In this document: positions 30,683-39,774 of the stretch, in pieces
Layout of the letters: every line of letters starts with the position of its first letter
Numbering within the stretch: position 1 is the first letter of the stretch
DNA from: Anaerolineales bacterium
GTDB lineage: Bacteria > Chloroflexota > Anaerolineae > Anaerolineales > Villigracilaceae
DNA length: 48,345 bases
Direction of reading: 5' to 3'
NCBI GenBank assembly: GCA_034434415.1
Contig: DAOTZF010000172.1
Coordinates: forward strand, 1-48,345
Made by a program: the position numbers and the translations under genes
The notes under the pieces: model-generated
What the model was told of the DNA's origin: nothing
The model's input: the letters and a program-made list of their open reading frames with translations, nothing else
The model's database searches: none

Positions 30683-30771
30683 AACTTTATTGTTTGGAAA
30701 TTGGCGTGCTCCGCCATCTCGACATTCTGCGAGTTCAAACGAGGACGGTATGAGAGGCAGGACCTGGAGGT

Positions 30772-30781
30772 AGTATATAAT
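30772..30781. promoter_or_regulatory. Overlapping divergent -10 hexamers
   Basis: AGTATATAAT gives TATAAT on + (30776-30781) and TATACT on - (30777-30772) between divergent starts 30682 and 30788; no clear -35. Confidence 0.45.
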
Positions 30782-30787
30782 GAATCC

Positions 30788-31345
30788 ATGTTTCCTGCCG
30801 TTTTTCTGGATCGCGATGGCGTCCTCATCGAAAACCGGGCGGAGTACGTCCGTGATTGGTCCCAGGTTTCGGTCTATCCCAAGACGCACTTTTCATTAAA
30901 AGGTATACAAAATGCCGGTTACAAAATCGTTATTGTGACTAACCAATCTGCCGTCGGGCGCGGGTTGATCACCCTGGAGACAGCCAACGATATCAATCAA
31001 AGGCTCGTGGAGTTGATTCGGCAAAACGGCGTTCAGGTGGATGGCGTATATCTATGCCCGCATCGCCCGGAAGATGACTGCGATTGCCGCAAGCCCAAAC
31101 CGGGTATGCTCCTGCAAGCCGCACGGGAATTATCCCTTGATCTCAGCCGCTCCTGGCTGGTCGGCGATGCTTGGAGCGATATGCTGGCAGGGCATGCAGT
31201 CAGCCTGCGCGGGGAAATCCTTGTGAAAACAGGCCGAGGTCTCGATCAATTGAACCTGTCAAGACCTGAAGGGCTGAATTCATGCTTTATTGCAGAGGAT
31301 CTTCCAGAGGCTGTCCGAATCATTGGATCGAAAATACCGAACTAG
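30788..31345 (+). CDS. gmhB: D-glycero-D-manno-heptose 1,7-bisphosphate phosphatase
   Basis: [39 protein letters not shown]. Start moved to ATG 30788. Confidence 0.92.
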   Translation: MFPAVFLDRDGVLIENRAEYVRDWSQVSVYPKTHFSLKGIQNAGYKIVIVTNQSAVGRGLITLETANDINQRLVELIRQNGVQVDGVYLCPHRPEDDCDCRKPKPGMLLQAARELSLDLSRSWLVGDAWSDMLAGHAVSLRGEILVKTGRGLDQLNLSRPEGLNSCFIAEDLPEAVRIIGSKIPN

Positions 31346-31359
31346 CCCGGTGGTATTTG

Positions 31360-31965
31360 TCAACCTGCCGTCGATGCTTTTTGTATCTCCGCAGGCAATG
31401 CCATCGCGCCGTTGGCGGTATCTTTCAATGTTTTAACGATCATATGCTCAAGCATCAGATGAATGTCTTCCACATGTTCAATGACGTGGCTGTTCACGTG
31501 TACATGAATATCGACCATCGAACCGAGGCGTCCTCCATCAAAGCCGGTAAAGCCAATCGTAATCGCATTATGATTACGAGCCTCCTCGACAGCTTTAAGA
31601 ACGTTGGCTGAATTACCGCTGGCAGAAATTGCGATCACAATATCACCTGCCTCTACGAGATTCGCCAGCTGCGCTGCAAACACATTTTCATAGCCTTCAT
31701 CGTTGGCGTAGGCAGAAAAAATTGCCATATTATCCGACAGACCGATCACACGAAAGTGCGGAAGACCCGGGTGGCGCGTATTCTTTGCCAGGTCGCACAC
31801 AAAATGGGTGGCGGTCGAAGCGGAGCCTCCATTCCCCATGATAAAAACCTGCCTGCCGTTCAAGCGCGCGATCTGCAACGTTTCCACGACCTGGGCGATG
31901 TGGTCTACAGGTAACTGATGTACTGTTTCTGTCAGTGTTACGATATAGGACTTGATCTGTTCCAT
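31360..31965 (-). CDS. gmhA: Sedoheptulose 7-phosphate isomerase (SIS)
   Basis: [39 protein letters not shown]. Confidence 0.92.
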   Translation of the reverse strand: MEQIKSYIVTLTETVHQLPVDHIAQVVETLQIARLNGRQVFIMGNGGSASTATHFVCDLAKNTRHPGLPHFRVIGLSDNMAIFSAYANDEGYENVFAAQLANLVEAGDIVIAISASGNSANVLKAVEEARNHNAITIGFTGFDGGRLGSMVDIHVHVNSHVIEHVEDIHLMLEHMIVKTLKDTANGAMALPAEIQKASTAG

Positions 31966-31990
31966 GGTTTCTTCCTTTCTCTCAATAAGC

Positions 31991-32968
31991 TCATCTTCTG
32001 TAATTGAAGATCACCTTGCTCCCATCCGATTCCAATTGAAAAGGGAGTTCCTGCAATCCACTCAAGGCGCTTCGAATCGCGCGATGTTTTTCATGTGGTG
32101 CATATAACAGAATAAACCCCCCGCCGCCCGCCCCAGTGATCTTGCCTCCAATGGCACCGGCTCTTCGCGCGACATTGTAAATATCATCGATCCTTCCATT
32201 ACTGATCTGTCCTGCCATGCGTTTTTTCAATTCCCATGCGTGGTGAAACAAAGAGCCAAAGGCATCAAGTGCGCCGTTTTGCAATTCCGATTTTGCCTGA
32301 TACGCGATCTGTTTGATTTCCCTAAGGATATTGATGCGATCCTTGATATTACTTTTTTGCTCGGTCAGGACAGAATCAGCCTGTCGGTTGATGCCTGTAA
32401 AAAACAGGAGGAAGCGGTCGTTAAGTTCGAATCTCAAATCAGGAGGAAGTTCCAATTTTTCGACGCGCACTTTACCATCAGAACAAAACTCAAAGAAACG
32501 AAGATTACCATAAGCAGCGATATACTGGTCTTGGATCCCTATGGGCTTTCCAAGTTTGTCGATCTCGATCTCGCAAGCTTCTTTTGCAAGGCGTTCCTTG
32601 GAAACAATCTCGCCCAGGTATGTATACAGGGCTTGCAACGCACCCACAGTGACTGTGCTGGAGGACCCCAACCCCGAACCCTCCGAGGGGATATCGCCCA
32701 TGGTCGTAACCTCGATCCCTTTGGATACCCCAGTGGTTAATAACGCTTCTCGAATCAGTTCGTGGTGAATCTGATCCACCGAATCCACCATCTCGGTCTG
32801 GGTATAACCGATGCGCAATTTGTTGTCGAACCGTTTCTTTACAGTGACAAAAATATACTTGTCAATGGCGGAGCTCAGGACACACCCGCCCTCTTCCATA
32901 TAAAAGGCGGGAAAGTCAGTACCTCCTCCAAAGAAGCTGATGCGCAATGGCGTCTGGACGATGATCAA
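31991..32968 (-). CDS. hddA: D-glycero-alpha-D-manno-heptose 7-phosphate kinase (GHMP)
   Basis: [37 protein letters not shown]. Confidence 0.88.
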   Translation of the reverse strand: MIIVQTPLRISFFGGGTDFPAFYMEEGGCVLSSAIDKYIFVTVKKRFDNKLRIGYTQTEMVDSVDQIHHELIREALLTTGVSKGIEVTTMGDIPSEGSGLGSSSTVTVGALQALYTYLGEIVSKERLAKEACEIEIDKLGKPIGIQDQYIAAYGNLRFFEFCSDGKVRVEKLELPPDLRFELNDRFLLFFTGINRQADSVLTEQKSNIKDRINILREIKQIAYQAKSELQNGALDAFGSLFHHAWELKKRMAGQISNGRIDDIYNVARRAGAIGGKITGAGGGGFILLYAPHEKHRAIRSALSGLQELPFQLESDGSKVIFNYRR

Positions 32969-33900
32969 GCGACCTGCTCCGCGACTTTGAAATACTCAAC
33001 AGTCTTCCTCATCCCTTCTTCCAGAGGGACTATGGCAGACCAACCGAGGTCTTTACGCGCCTTCGAAGCATTGAGGTAGATGTGACGCGTCTCTCCGACT
33101 TTTGCCGGCCCGTACGCGACGGGTAGTTTGTAATCCGTAGCCTTTGCCAACGCTGAAAAAATCTGATTCACCGAGGTCGGGAGACCCCAGCCGATATTGT
33201 AAATGCCCGGTCGGTGATCCACCGTCGCGGCCAGATAATTTGCCTGTGCACAATCGCTCACGTAGACGAAATCGCGCGTCTGCTCTCCATCTCCGTTGAT
33301 AACCACCGGCTCACCAGCCATCATCTTACCAGTAAAGATCGCCACAACACCCGCCTCACCATGCGGGTCCTGTCGTGGACCGAACACATTCGGATACCGC
33401 AACACGGTGTATTTAAGCCCGTAGTTGACATGGTACATGAACAGATAATGTTCAACCGTATGTTTGCTTGCACCGTACTGGCAGATCGGGTTGATGGGAT
33501 CCGTCTCTTCGCAGGGTACACGCTCCGGCTCGCCATACACCGCGCCGCCAGTGGATATATAAATGAAGCGCTTCACTCCGAACTCTTTTGCACACTCGAT
33601 CAGGTTGATCGAGCCAAGGATGTTGACATCAGCATCGAAGAGCGGTTGAGCCACCGAACGGCGGACATCCATTTGAGCGGCATGATGGCTAACAAAATCC
33701 GGTCGTTCTGTCTGAAATATCTCGCGCACCTTCGGGTCACGGATATCCATCTTATAAAACTTCGCTTGTGGGTTGAGGTTGGACGCCCGCCCGGTGGAAA
33801 GATCGTCCAGGATGACGACTTCGAACCCCCTTTCAAGAAACAGGTCAACAACATGAGACCCAATGAAACCAGCCCCACCCGTAACAAGTATTTTTGGCAT
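32965..33900 (-). CDS. NAD-dependent NDP-sugar epimerase (GalE-like extended SDR)
   Basis: [45 protein letters not shown]. Confidence 0.92.
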   Translation of the reverse strand: MPKILVTGGAGFIGSHVVDLFLERGFEVVILDDLSTGRASNLNPQAKFYKMDIRDPKVREIFQTERPDFVSHHAAQMDVRRSVAQPLFDADVNILGSINLIECAKEFGVKRFIYISTGGAVYGEPERVPCEETDPINPICQYGASKHTVEHYLFMYHVNYGLKYTVLRYPNVFGPRQDPHGEAGVVAIFTGKMMAGEPVVINGDGEQTRDFVYVSDCAQANYLAATVDHRPGIYNIGWGLPTSVNQIFSALAKATDYKLPVAYGPAKVGETRHIYLNASKARKDLGWSAIVPLEEGMRKTVEYFKVAEQVA

Positions 33901-33924
33901 GTAAACCGTCCTTTTGGTGATTGT

Positions 33925-35439
33925 TTAGTACGCGCCGCGACCCTTGAAGACCACGGGGATCGTCTGAAAAAGGAGTTGCAGATCGAGCCAGATGCTCCAG
34001 TTACGGATGTAATACATATCCAACCGTACCCGCTCATCATAGGAGACATCCGAGCGCCCGCTCACCTGCCACAACCCGGTCATGCCGGGGTTGACCGTGA
34101 GCAGATTCATATCGAACTGCTTGTACATCGCAACTTCCTCGGGCGAGATCATGCGAGGCCCGACCAGGGACATCTCGCGCCGCAACACGTTGAACAACTG
34201 CGGCAGTTCGTCAAGGCTGAACTTGCGCAGAATTCCACCGATCTTTGTAATACGAGGATCGTTCTTCAACTTATGGTTGCGCGCCAATTCCTCTTGAAGT
34301 TCGGGATGTTGCTTCAACACTTCGTCGCCGTTCACGACCATGGTACGGAATTTTAGCGCATCAAACTGTCGTCCGTTCAAACCCATCACGCGGCGCTTGT
34401 GGAAGACAGGACCGGGCGAGGTTGATTTCACCAGGAATGCAATCAACAAGAACAGGGGACTGATGAGAGTCAAACCGACAATTGAAAGCACGTAATCCAG
34501 AACGGTCTTCAGAACAATATCCGTGCCAGTCAATCTCACTTTATGGACTTGCACCAATGGAACATAAGCGAATTCATCCACCGTCATGCCGGTGGTGATC
34601 ACTTCGTATAACCCGGAGGACATCCGCAAGTTCACCTTGTCGGAAACGCCGTACTTCTTGAAAATCTCCATCAGGTAATCCCTGGTGGAAATAGCGCTGG
34701 AGGCAAGAATCACTTCACCGATCTGGAATTGTTCGATGATCTCGCCCAACTGGTCTACCGTACCAAGATTAACGAGGTTATTGTATAACGGGGTTGTCAC
34801 CGCAACCTTTTTATCCACGAAGCCGACGATGTGCAAACCCGATGTTTCCCACTTTTGCAGCTGCTCGGCCAGCCAGCGCCCTTCTTGATTCGCGCCGACG
34901 ATCACCGCCGGGGTGAGGAAGAACCCCTGCCTACGGAGAAAATAAACAACCCGTCGAAGAATGAAGCGGCCGATCGAAGCGAACACAAAAGTGAATACCC
35001 AAGCCATCAACAACCAGCCGCGCGCGATCAAAAGCGAGGCTTGAAGGAATCCTGCGATCACGATCAACATGAAACCAATTGTGGATGAGCGGAAGACCAT
35101 CGAATATTCGCGCGTGCCACCCAACAGATTTTGCTTTGAGTACAAACCATAGAGAGCATAAATTACCAACCACAGCACAGAGGAAAGGGCAACGAAATTC
35201 CGGTAGTATACAGGCGAGACTTCGACTGTCTGGTCGAAGAAAGTAAAGACAGGTACGTTGAACCGCAAGGTATAAGCAAGCTGGAAGGCCAGGTTGACCA
35301 TGAGAACATCCATCAGGATCAACGCGATGCGATATATCCCCCATTGGGTTTGCCTCGGTACGACAGAATTTACCTTGCCGATCTTTTTTCCGAGAGATAG
35401 CCTCTGAAGTTTTTCCATATTCTGTCCTGCGGTCAACAT
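33925..35439 (-). CDS. Priming undecaprenyl-phosphate phosphoglycosyltransferase (WcaJ/WbaP/WsaP-like)
   Basis: N-terminal TM helices, VIVGA domain, KFRTM, DPRIT, SLDELPQLFNVL..MSLVGPR, PGMTGLWQVSGR. GGAG RBS before ATG 35439. Confidence 0.94.
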   Translation of the reverse strand: MLTAGQNMEKLQRLSLGKKIGKVNSVVPRQTQWGIYRIALILMDVLMVNLAFQLAYTLRFNVPVFTFFDQTVEVSPVYYRNFVALSSVLWLVIYALYGLYSKQNLLGGTREYSMVFRSSTIGFMLIVIAGFLQASLLIARGWLLMAWVFTFVFASIGRFILRRVVYFLRRQGFFLTPAVIVGANQEGRWLAEQLQKWETSGLHIVGFVDKKVAVTTPLYNNLVNLGTVDQLGEIIEQFQIGEVILASSAISTRDYLMEIFKKYGVSDKVNLRMSSGLYEVITTGMTVDEFAYVPLVQVHKVRLTGTDIVLKTVLDYVLSIVGLTLISPLFLLIAFLVKSTSPGPVFHKRRVMGLNGRQFDALKFRTMVVNGDEVLKQHPELQEELARNHKLKNDPRITKIGGILRKFSLDELPQLFNVLRREMSLVGPRMISPEEVAMYKQFDMNLLTVNPGMTGLWQVSGRSDVSYDERVRLDMYYIRNWSIWLDLQLLFQTIPVVFKGRGAY

Positions 35440-35828
35440 TCGATAACTCCAAATAAACGATGGACGAACAAAAATACGAACCGCGCGCCTGTCATGAAAA
35501 CCCAACTGCTACACGACAAAAGGCGTGAATTTACAACCTTTTTTCGATGGCTGTTGCATGACGATTTGACCTATAAAAGGTTACTTTTTACTTATTAGAC
35601 TTCTTGCATACAACAATATGTCTGCAACCATAGGGTAATCCATTACTAAATTGTTAAAACACAAAAAAATGGAGACTTTACACGGTTAACAGTGTTCAGC
35701 ACAACATTAAATAAATCTAGGCGTTGTTCAAGCTAGGCTGCGGGATATTGACAAGCTTCCAAAATCGAGTCTGTAAGATTATTGGTTAAATAATCGTGAT
35801 TTATGCGTTCATAATACAAGGGAAACTC

Positions 35829-35879
35829 CCCAGTTATAACCATCGACTGGGCAGTCTTTACCTCCCCCACTTGGGGGAG
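35829..35879 (-). promoter_or_regulatory. Two tandem stem-loops in the long spacer downstream of the NusG paralog
   Basis: CCCAGT (35829-35834)/ACTGGG (35846-35851) and CTCCCCCA (35862-35869)/TGGGGGAG (35872-35879); no strong U-tract. Confidence 0.4.
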
Positions 35880-36010
35880 AGATCATGTCAGGCAAGTTTC
35901 ACGCTCGGATACGATCTGACTGCCTCATTCACAATTTTGAACTCAGAACCACTCACTTCTTGACTTTCGCTGGTGGTCTATTCAAGGCAGATTACCCCCT
36001 TGCCGGCGAA

Positions 36011-36532
36011 TCACCTGCTTTGGGAACGCTTCACGCGCAGGACCTGATTCTCTTCCAACTCGACGGCAACCTGCCGCTTTTCAAGGAAACGCAGGAGCAC
36101 CCGCACCCTTTCCTGACCGGATATCCTGCCATCGAAGATCGCCTCATACCCGGCGAAGGGACCCGCCTGGATGCGAACCGGCTCACCTCGTTTCAATTTA
36201 TCCACGCCTGTCTTATTCGAGGCATTGATCTCCTCGACACGCTTTTCGACAGCGTGAATCAACGAATCGGGCACGGAGGCAGGCTCGCCGCCAAAACTGA
36301 CAAGGTTCGCCGCTCCAGCCATCCACTGGAGGGTGGATGAACCAACGACGGTTAGATCTGCGTGTACGAAAAGGTAACCCGGAAAGTATGGTCTGCTCTT
36401 TCGTGACCGGGGGTTCACCGGAGTCACCCGAAGGCGCGGGTAGAATACTTTTACCCCATACGATTCAAACTGGCGGGCGAGGAAATCTTCTTTATTCGGC
36501 TTGCTGCGAACGGCATACCAAAGCAAAGTCAT
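36011..36532 (-). CDS. Specialised NusG paralog (RfaH/UpxY/LoaP-type antiterminator)
   Basis: WYAVRSKPNKE, PYFPGYLFV, VSFGGEPASVPD, KOW GEPVRIQAGPFAGYEAIF, RVRVLL. Start at ATG 36532 with GAGGA upstream. Confidence 0.9.
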   Translation of the reverse strand: MTLLWYAVRSKPNKEDFLARQFESYGVKVFYPRLRVTPVNPRSRKSRPYFPGYLFVHADLTVVGSSTLQWMAGAANLVSFGGEPASVPDSLIHAVEKRVEEINASNKTGVDKLKRGEPVRIQAGPFAGYEAIFDGRISGQERVRVLLRFLEKRQVAVELEENQVLRVKRSQSR

Positions 36533-36625
36533 TGCGCGAGGCACATCCTCATGAATTTCTAAAATAAGCTTGGGCGTTCTGGACTGATTATAAATGAAAT
36601 AACTCTCGCCAGCCACATAAATAAT

Positions 36626-36649
36626 CAGCCTCCTTTAGCAAGGAGGCTG
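36626..36649 (-). terminator. Hairpin after tRNA-Lys, probable weak intrinsic terminator
   Basis: Perfect 10-bp stem CAGCCTCCTT/AAGGAGGCTG with 4-nt loop, followed on the - strand by ATTATTTAT. Confidence 0.65.
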
Positions 36650-36662
36650 TGCAGTTTCCATG

Positions 36663-36735
36663 TGACTCCGGGGGGACTCGAACCCTCAACCAATTGATTA
36701 AGAGTCAACTGCTCTGCCAATTGAGCTACGGAGCC
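36663..36735 (-). tRNA. tRNA-Lys(CTT)
   Basis: GGCTCCG acceptor stem, GCTC/GAGC D arm, GTTGA-CTCTTAA-TCAAT anticodon arm, TTCGAGT T loop; 73 nt; CCA not encoded. Confidence 0.96.
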
Positions 36736-36750
36736 GGTTGTGCGGACGAA

Positions 36751-36778
36751 ATTATACACGATGAGATAAGCATGTCAA
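36751..36778 (-). promoter_or_regulatory. Consensus sigma70 promoter for tRNA-Lys
   Basis: TTGACA (36778-36773) - N16 - TATAAT (36756-36751), 15 nt upstream of the tRNA. Confidence 0.85.
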
Positions 36779-36845
36779 TAATCGGGAACGGACGGTTCCG
36801 CGCACATCCTCCATGAGCCGTTCTATCCCTGTATAATGGAAGTGC

Positions 36846-38132
36846 ATGGATTTCAACGAACCCCCTTCACCACCGGAGCCCGAACAGGAATTCGTCTCCG
36901 CGCGTGCCCGACGGCGCCGCGCGTTGCGGCGCGCCTACTTTCCTGCCGATGAAGCTGGTCGTGCCGCGCTGTTCGATCATCTCGCGCGGCGTGCATTTCC
37001 CTCGTACGAATTATTTGTGTTCGCGCTCGTGGCAGGAGTGATCCTCGGCGCGGGATATTTTGTCAACTCGCAGGCATTACTGATCTTCGGGGTGCTGGTC
37101 GCGCCGGTGCTCACACCATGGGTCGGGCTCTCGCTCGCCGCCATCGCCGGCTCCACGCGATTCTTCATGCAGACCTTCGCCGCGTTGTTGCTGAGTTCGT
37201 TCCTCATCTTTCTCAGCGGTTTGCTTGCAGGTTTCGCCTCGCGCGTGTTCGGTCCCTTGAACTTCAACGAAGCCTTCATCCACAGCCGATTGTGGTGGCC
37301 CGATTTTGTCACACTCACCATCGGTGCAGTAGTGCTCACCATTTCATTCGTCCGTTCGGAGGAACGCCCGTACCTCCCCAGCGCGCTCGTCGCCTATGAA
37401 TTTTTCCTTCCGCTTTGCGCGGCGGGTTTCGGCTTGGGAAGCGGTGTCAGTGAGATCTGGCCCCAAGGTCTTCTCGTTTTTCTCGCGCACGTTGCGTGGG
37501 GAACGTTCTTCGCCATTCTTTCATTATTCTTTTTACGTTTCTACCCTGTGAATTTCAACGGCATCACCTTGACCAGCATCTCCTTGATTCTGGTCATCAC
37601 AGCGATAACGATTCTGACCGGCTTCGGTCAGTGGATCAGGATTCAAGCGGGTCTTGCCACGCCTCCACCTGCCCCAACCGTGGCGGCGACTTCCACACTT
37701 GCGCTGGCTCCCACTGCCTCACCATCACTCACTCCTCCGGCGACCGTGTTCATCGGCGTGCCGACACAGACTCCCTCGCGCACAGCGCGCCCTACACAGC
37801 CCTCGGCAGTCCCACCGACGCAAACGCCCACATCAACCATCACAGCCGAACCCACTCCCATCATTGCTCAAATCCGCGCAGCGGAAGGAGGCGGAGCCTT
37901 CATCCGTGAAAAACCCGGAGGAAAAGTGTTAGCCACTCTCGGCAACGGCGCGACCGTCACCATCATCCCGAATGATTTTCAGGATGTCAATGGCGTGATC
38001 TGGGTGCATGTCTTCGCAATCGTAAACGATGTGCGCGTGGAAGGCTGGATGATCCAAGGTGTGCTCGTTACTGCCACACCCCTCCCTGATTGGCAACCCT
38101 CGTCCACGCCGGAAGTCACCTCAACGCCATAA
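36846..38132 (+). CDS. DUF389-like membrane protein with Pro/Thr linker and C-terminal SH3b-like domain
   Basis: NSQALLIFGVLVAPVLTP DUF389-like motif; about 7 TMs; PT-rich stalk; AFIREKPGGKVLATLGNG..WVHV..EGWM. Confidence 0.7.
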   Translation: MDFNEPPSPPEPEQEFVSARARRRRALRRAYFPADEAGRAALFDHLARRAFPSYELFVFALVAGVILGAGYFVNSQALLIFGVLVAPVLTPWVGLSLAAIAGSTRFFMQTFAALLLSSFLIFLSGLLAGFASRVFGPLNFNEAFIHSRLWWPDFVTLTIGAVVLTISFVRSEERPYLPSALVAYEFFLPLCAAGFGLGSGVSEIWPQGLLVFLAHVAWGTFFAILSLFFLRFYPVNFNGITLTSISLILVITAITILTGFGQWIRIQAGLATPPPAPTVAATSTLALAPTASPSLTPPATVFIGVPTQTPSRTARPTQPSAVPPTQTPTSTITAEPTPIIAQIRAAEGGGAFIREKPGGKVLATLGNGATVTIIPNDFQDVNGVIWVHVFAIVNDVRVEGWMIQGVLVTATPLPDWQPSSTPEVTSTP

Positions 38133-38140
38133 AATCTTTA

Positions 38141-38222
38141 AACACAAAGGACACAAAGTACACGAAGGTTTAAACCCCCTTCACAAAGTATCCTTTGTGT
38201 TCCTTTGTGCCCTTCGTGGTGA
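38141..38222. repeat. Intergenic palindromic element built from CACAAAG / CTTTGTG units
   Basis: ACACAAAGG-ACACAAAGT-ACACGAAGG ... CCTTTGTGT-TCCTTTGTGC-CCTTCGTGG. Confidence 0.75.
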
Positions 38223-38243
38223 AAATTTTTTCAAGGAACCCTT

Positions 38244-39704
38244 ATGCCCATTCACTTTGGAACCGACGGCTGGAGAGCCGTGATCTCCGACTCGTTCACG
38301 TTCGACAACCTCCGCATCGTTGCACAGGCAATTGCAGATGCGGTGAACTCTGAACACTGGGATAAGACCGGCAACGGCGACAACGCGCCTGACCCGAAAA
38401 AGATCGTAGTTGGATTCGACACACGCTTCCTCTCGGATCGTTTCGCCGGGGAGGTGGCGCGCGTCCTCGCCGCCAACGGATTCACCGTCCTGCTCGCCCA
38501 ATCCGATTCGCCAACGCCAGCGATCTCCTACGCGGTCAAACATCAACGCGCTATCGCCGGCGTGATGATCACCGCCTCGCACAACGCGCCGCGTTACAAC
38601 GGGGTCAAACTCAAAGGCGCGTTCGGAGGTTCGGCATTGCCCGAACAATGCCGCCGCGTGGAAGTGTACATCAACGATAACGAACAACAGGCGCGCGGAC
38701 CCAACCTGATGGATTTCAGAAAAGCGCGGGAAGCGGGCTTGATCCAAAAGTTCAATCCATTGCCCGCGTACTTCGATCACGTGAGAACGCTCATCGACAC
38801 AGACGCCATCGCAGACCATCCACAACGATTCGTGGTCGATGCGATGTTCGGCTCAGGACGAGGCGTCATCAAGTCGTTTTTGCAGGGGACGGGATGCGAA
38901 ATTTCAGAAATTCGCGGCGAGATGAACCCCGGCTTCGGGGGAATCCACCCGGAGCCGATCTCGAAAAACCTCGGCGCGCTCGCCTCAGCCATTAGCGCGG
39001 GAATGGGTACGTTTGGCGTAGTGACGGACGGAGACGCGGATCGAATCGGTGCAATGGATGAACGCGGCACATTCGTTGACCCGCACAAGATCATGGCGCT
39101 TTCATTGAAGTATCTTGTGGAACAACGCGGCTGGAGCGGTGCAGTTGTTCGCACTGTATCCACCACACGCATGATCGACCGCCTCGCAAAACGGTACGGC
39201 TTGAAATTGTACGAAACACCTGTGGGTTTCAATCACATCGCGGATTACATGATGCAAGAGGATGTGCTGATCGGCGGGGAGGAATCTGGCGGCATCTCGT
39301 TCAAGGGACACATCCCCGAAGGCGACGGTCCGATCATGGGATTGTTGCTCGTGGAAATGATCGCGCAATCAGGCAAGACACTTCAGGGCATGGTCAATGA
39401 CTTGCTCGAAGATGTCGGTCCCGCCTTTTACGAACGCACAGACTTGCGCCTCAGCCGACCTGTTGCTAAAAAAGAGATGACCGAATTCCTTACGAATCAA
39501 GCGCCTGCAGAGATTGGAGACGAAAAGGTTTCCGAAGTGAGTCAACGCGATGGTGTCAAATACATCATGGCGGACGATTCGTGGTTATTGATCCGTCCAT
39601 CAGGCACAGAACCCGTTTTACGAGTGTACGCCGAAGGGAGAACGCAGGCGATGGTAAAGTCCTTGCTCGGTTACGGCGAACAGGTGGCAAAAAGTGTGGT
39701 GTAG
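38244..39704 (+). CDS. Phosphoglucomutase/phosphomannomutase family
   Basis: FGTDGWR, ITASHN, DGDADR, GEESGG, RPSGTEP. Confidence 0.95.
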   Translation: MPIHFGTDGWRAVISDSFTFDNLRIVAQAIADAVNSEHWDKTGNGDNAPDPKKIVVGFDTRFLSDRFAGEVARVLAANGFTVLLAQSDSPTPAISYAVKHQRAIAGVMITASHNAPRYNGVKLKGAFGGSALPEQCRRVEVYINDNEQQARGPNLMDFRKAREAGLIQKFNPLPAYFDHVRTLIDTDAIADHPQRFVVDAMFGSGRGVIKSFLQGTGCEISEIRGEMNPGFGGIHPEPISKNLGALASAISAGMGTFGVVTDGDADRIGAMDERGTFVDPHKIMALSLKYLVEQRGWSGAVVRTVSTTRMIDRLAKRYGLKLYETPVGFNHIADYMMQEDVLIGGEESGGISFKGHIPEGDGPIMGLLLVEMIAQSGKTLQGMVNDLLEDVGPAFYERTDLRLSRPVAKKEMTEFLTNQAPAEIGDEKVSEVSQRDGVKYIMADDSWLLIRPSGTEPVLRVYAEGRTQAMVKSLLGYGEQVAKSVV

Positions 39705-39721
39705 TTTATATCAATAAAAAC

Positions 39722-39760
39722 AAAAGACTCTCCAGGTCTCAGAGACTTGGAGAGTCTTTT
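39722..39760. terminator. Bidirectional intrinsic terminator
   Basis: AAAAGACTCTCCAGGTCTC-A-GAGACTTGGAGAGTCTTTT near-perfect inverted repeat with A/T tails, between convergent genes. Confidence 0.85.
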
Positions 39761-39774
39761 CATTAAATAAAGAA

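Noticed and set aside
30683..30889. Extended N-termini making the acyltransferase and gmhB overlap head-to-head
   Set aside because: Family similarity begins at ATG 30682 and ATG 30788; the extensions are artefacts of longest-ORF calling.
33214..34356. 380-aa plus-strand ORF
   Set aside because: Antisense shadow across two well-conserved genes; no domain features.
35748..35779. Plus-strand TTGACA...TAAGAT promoter
   Set aside because: 20-nt spacer is too long, and the downstream ORF 35885..36340 is mostly antisense to the NusG paralog.
36663..36735. tRNA-Lys as an integration site for a genomic island
   Set aside because: No integrase and no duplicated tRNA 3' end seen in the window; cannot be excluded beyond the left edge.
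38059..38283. 74-aa ORF with HKGHKVHEG pattern, or a CRISPR-like reading of the repeats
   Set aside because: It is the translation of the palindromic repeat; units are about 9 nt, inverted, with no spacers or cas genes.
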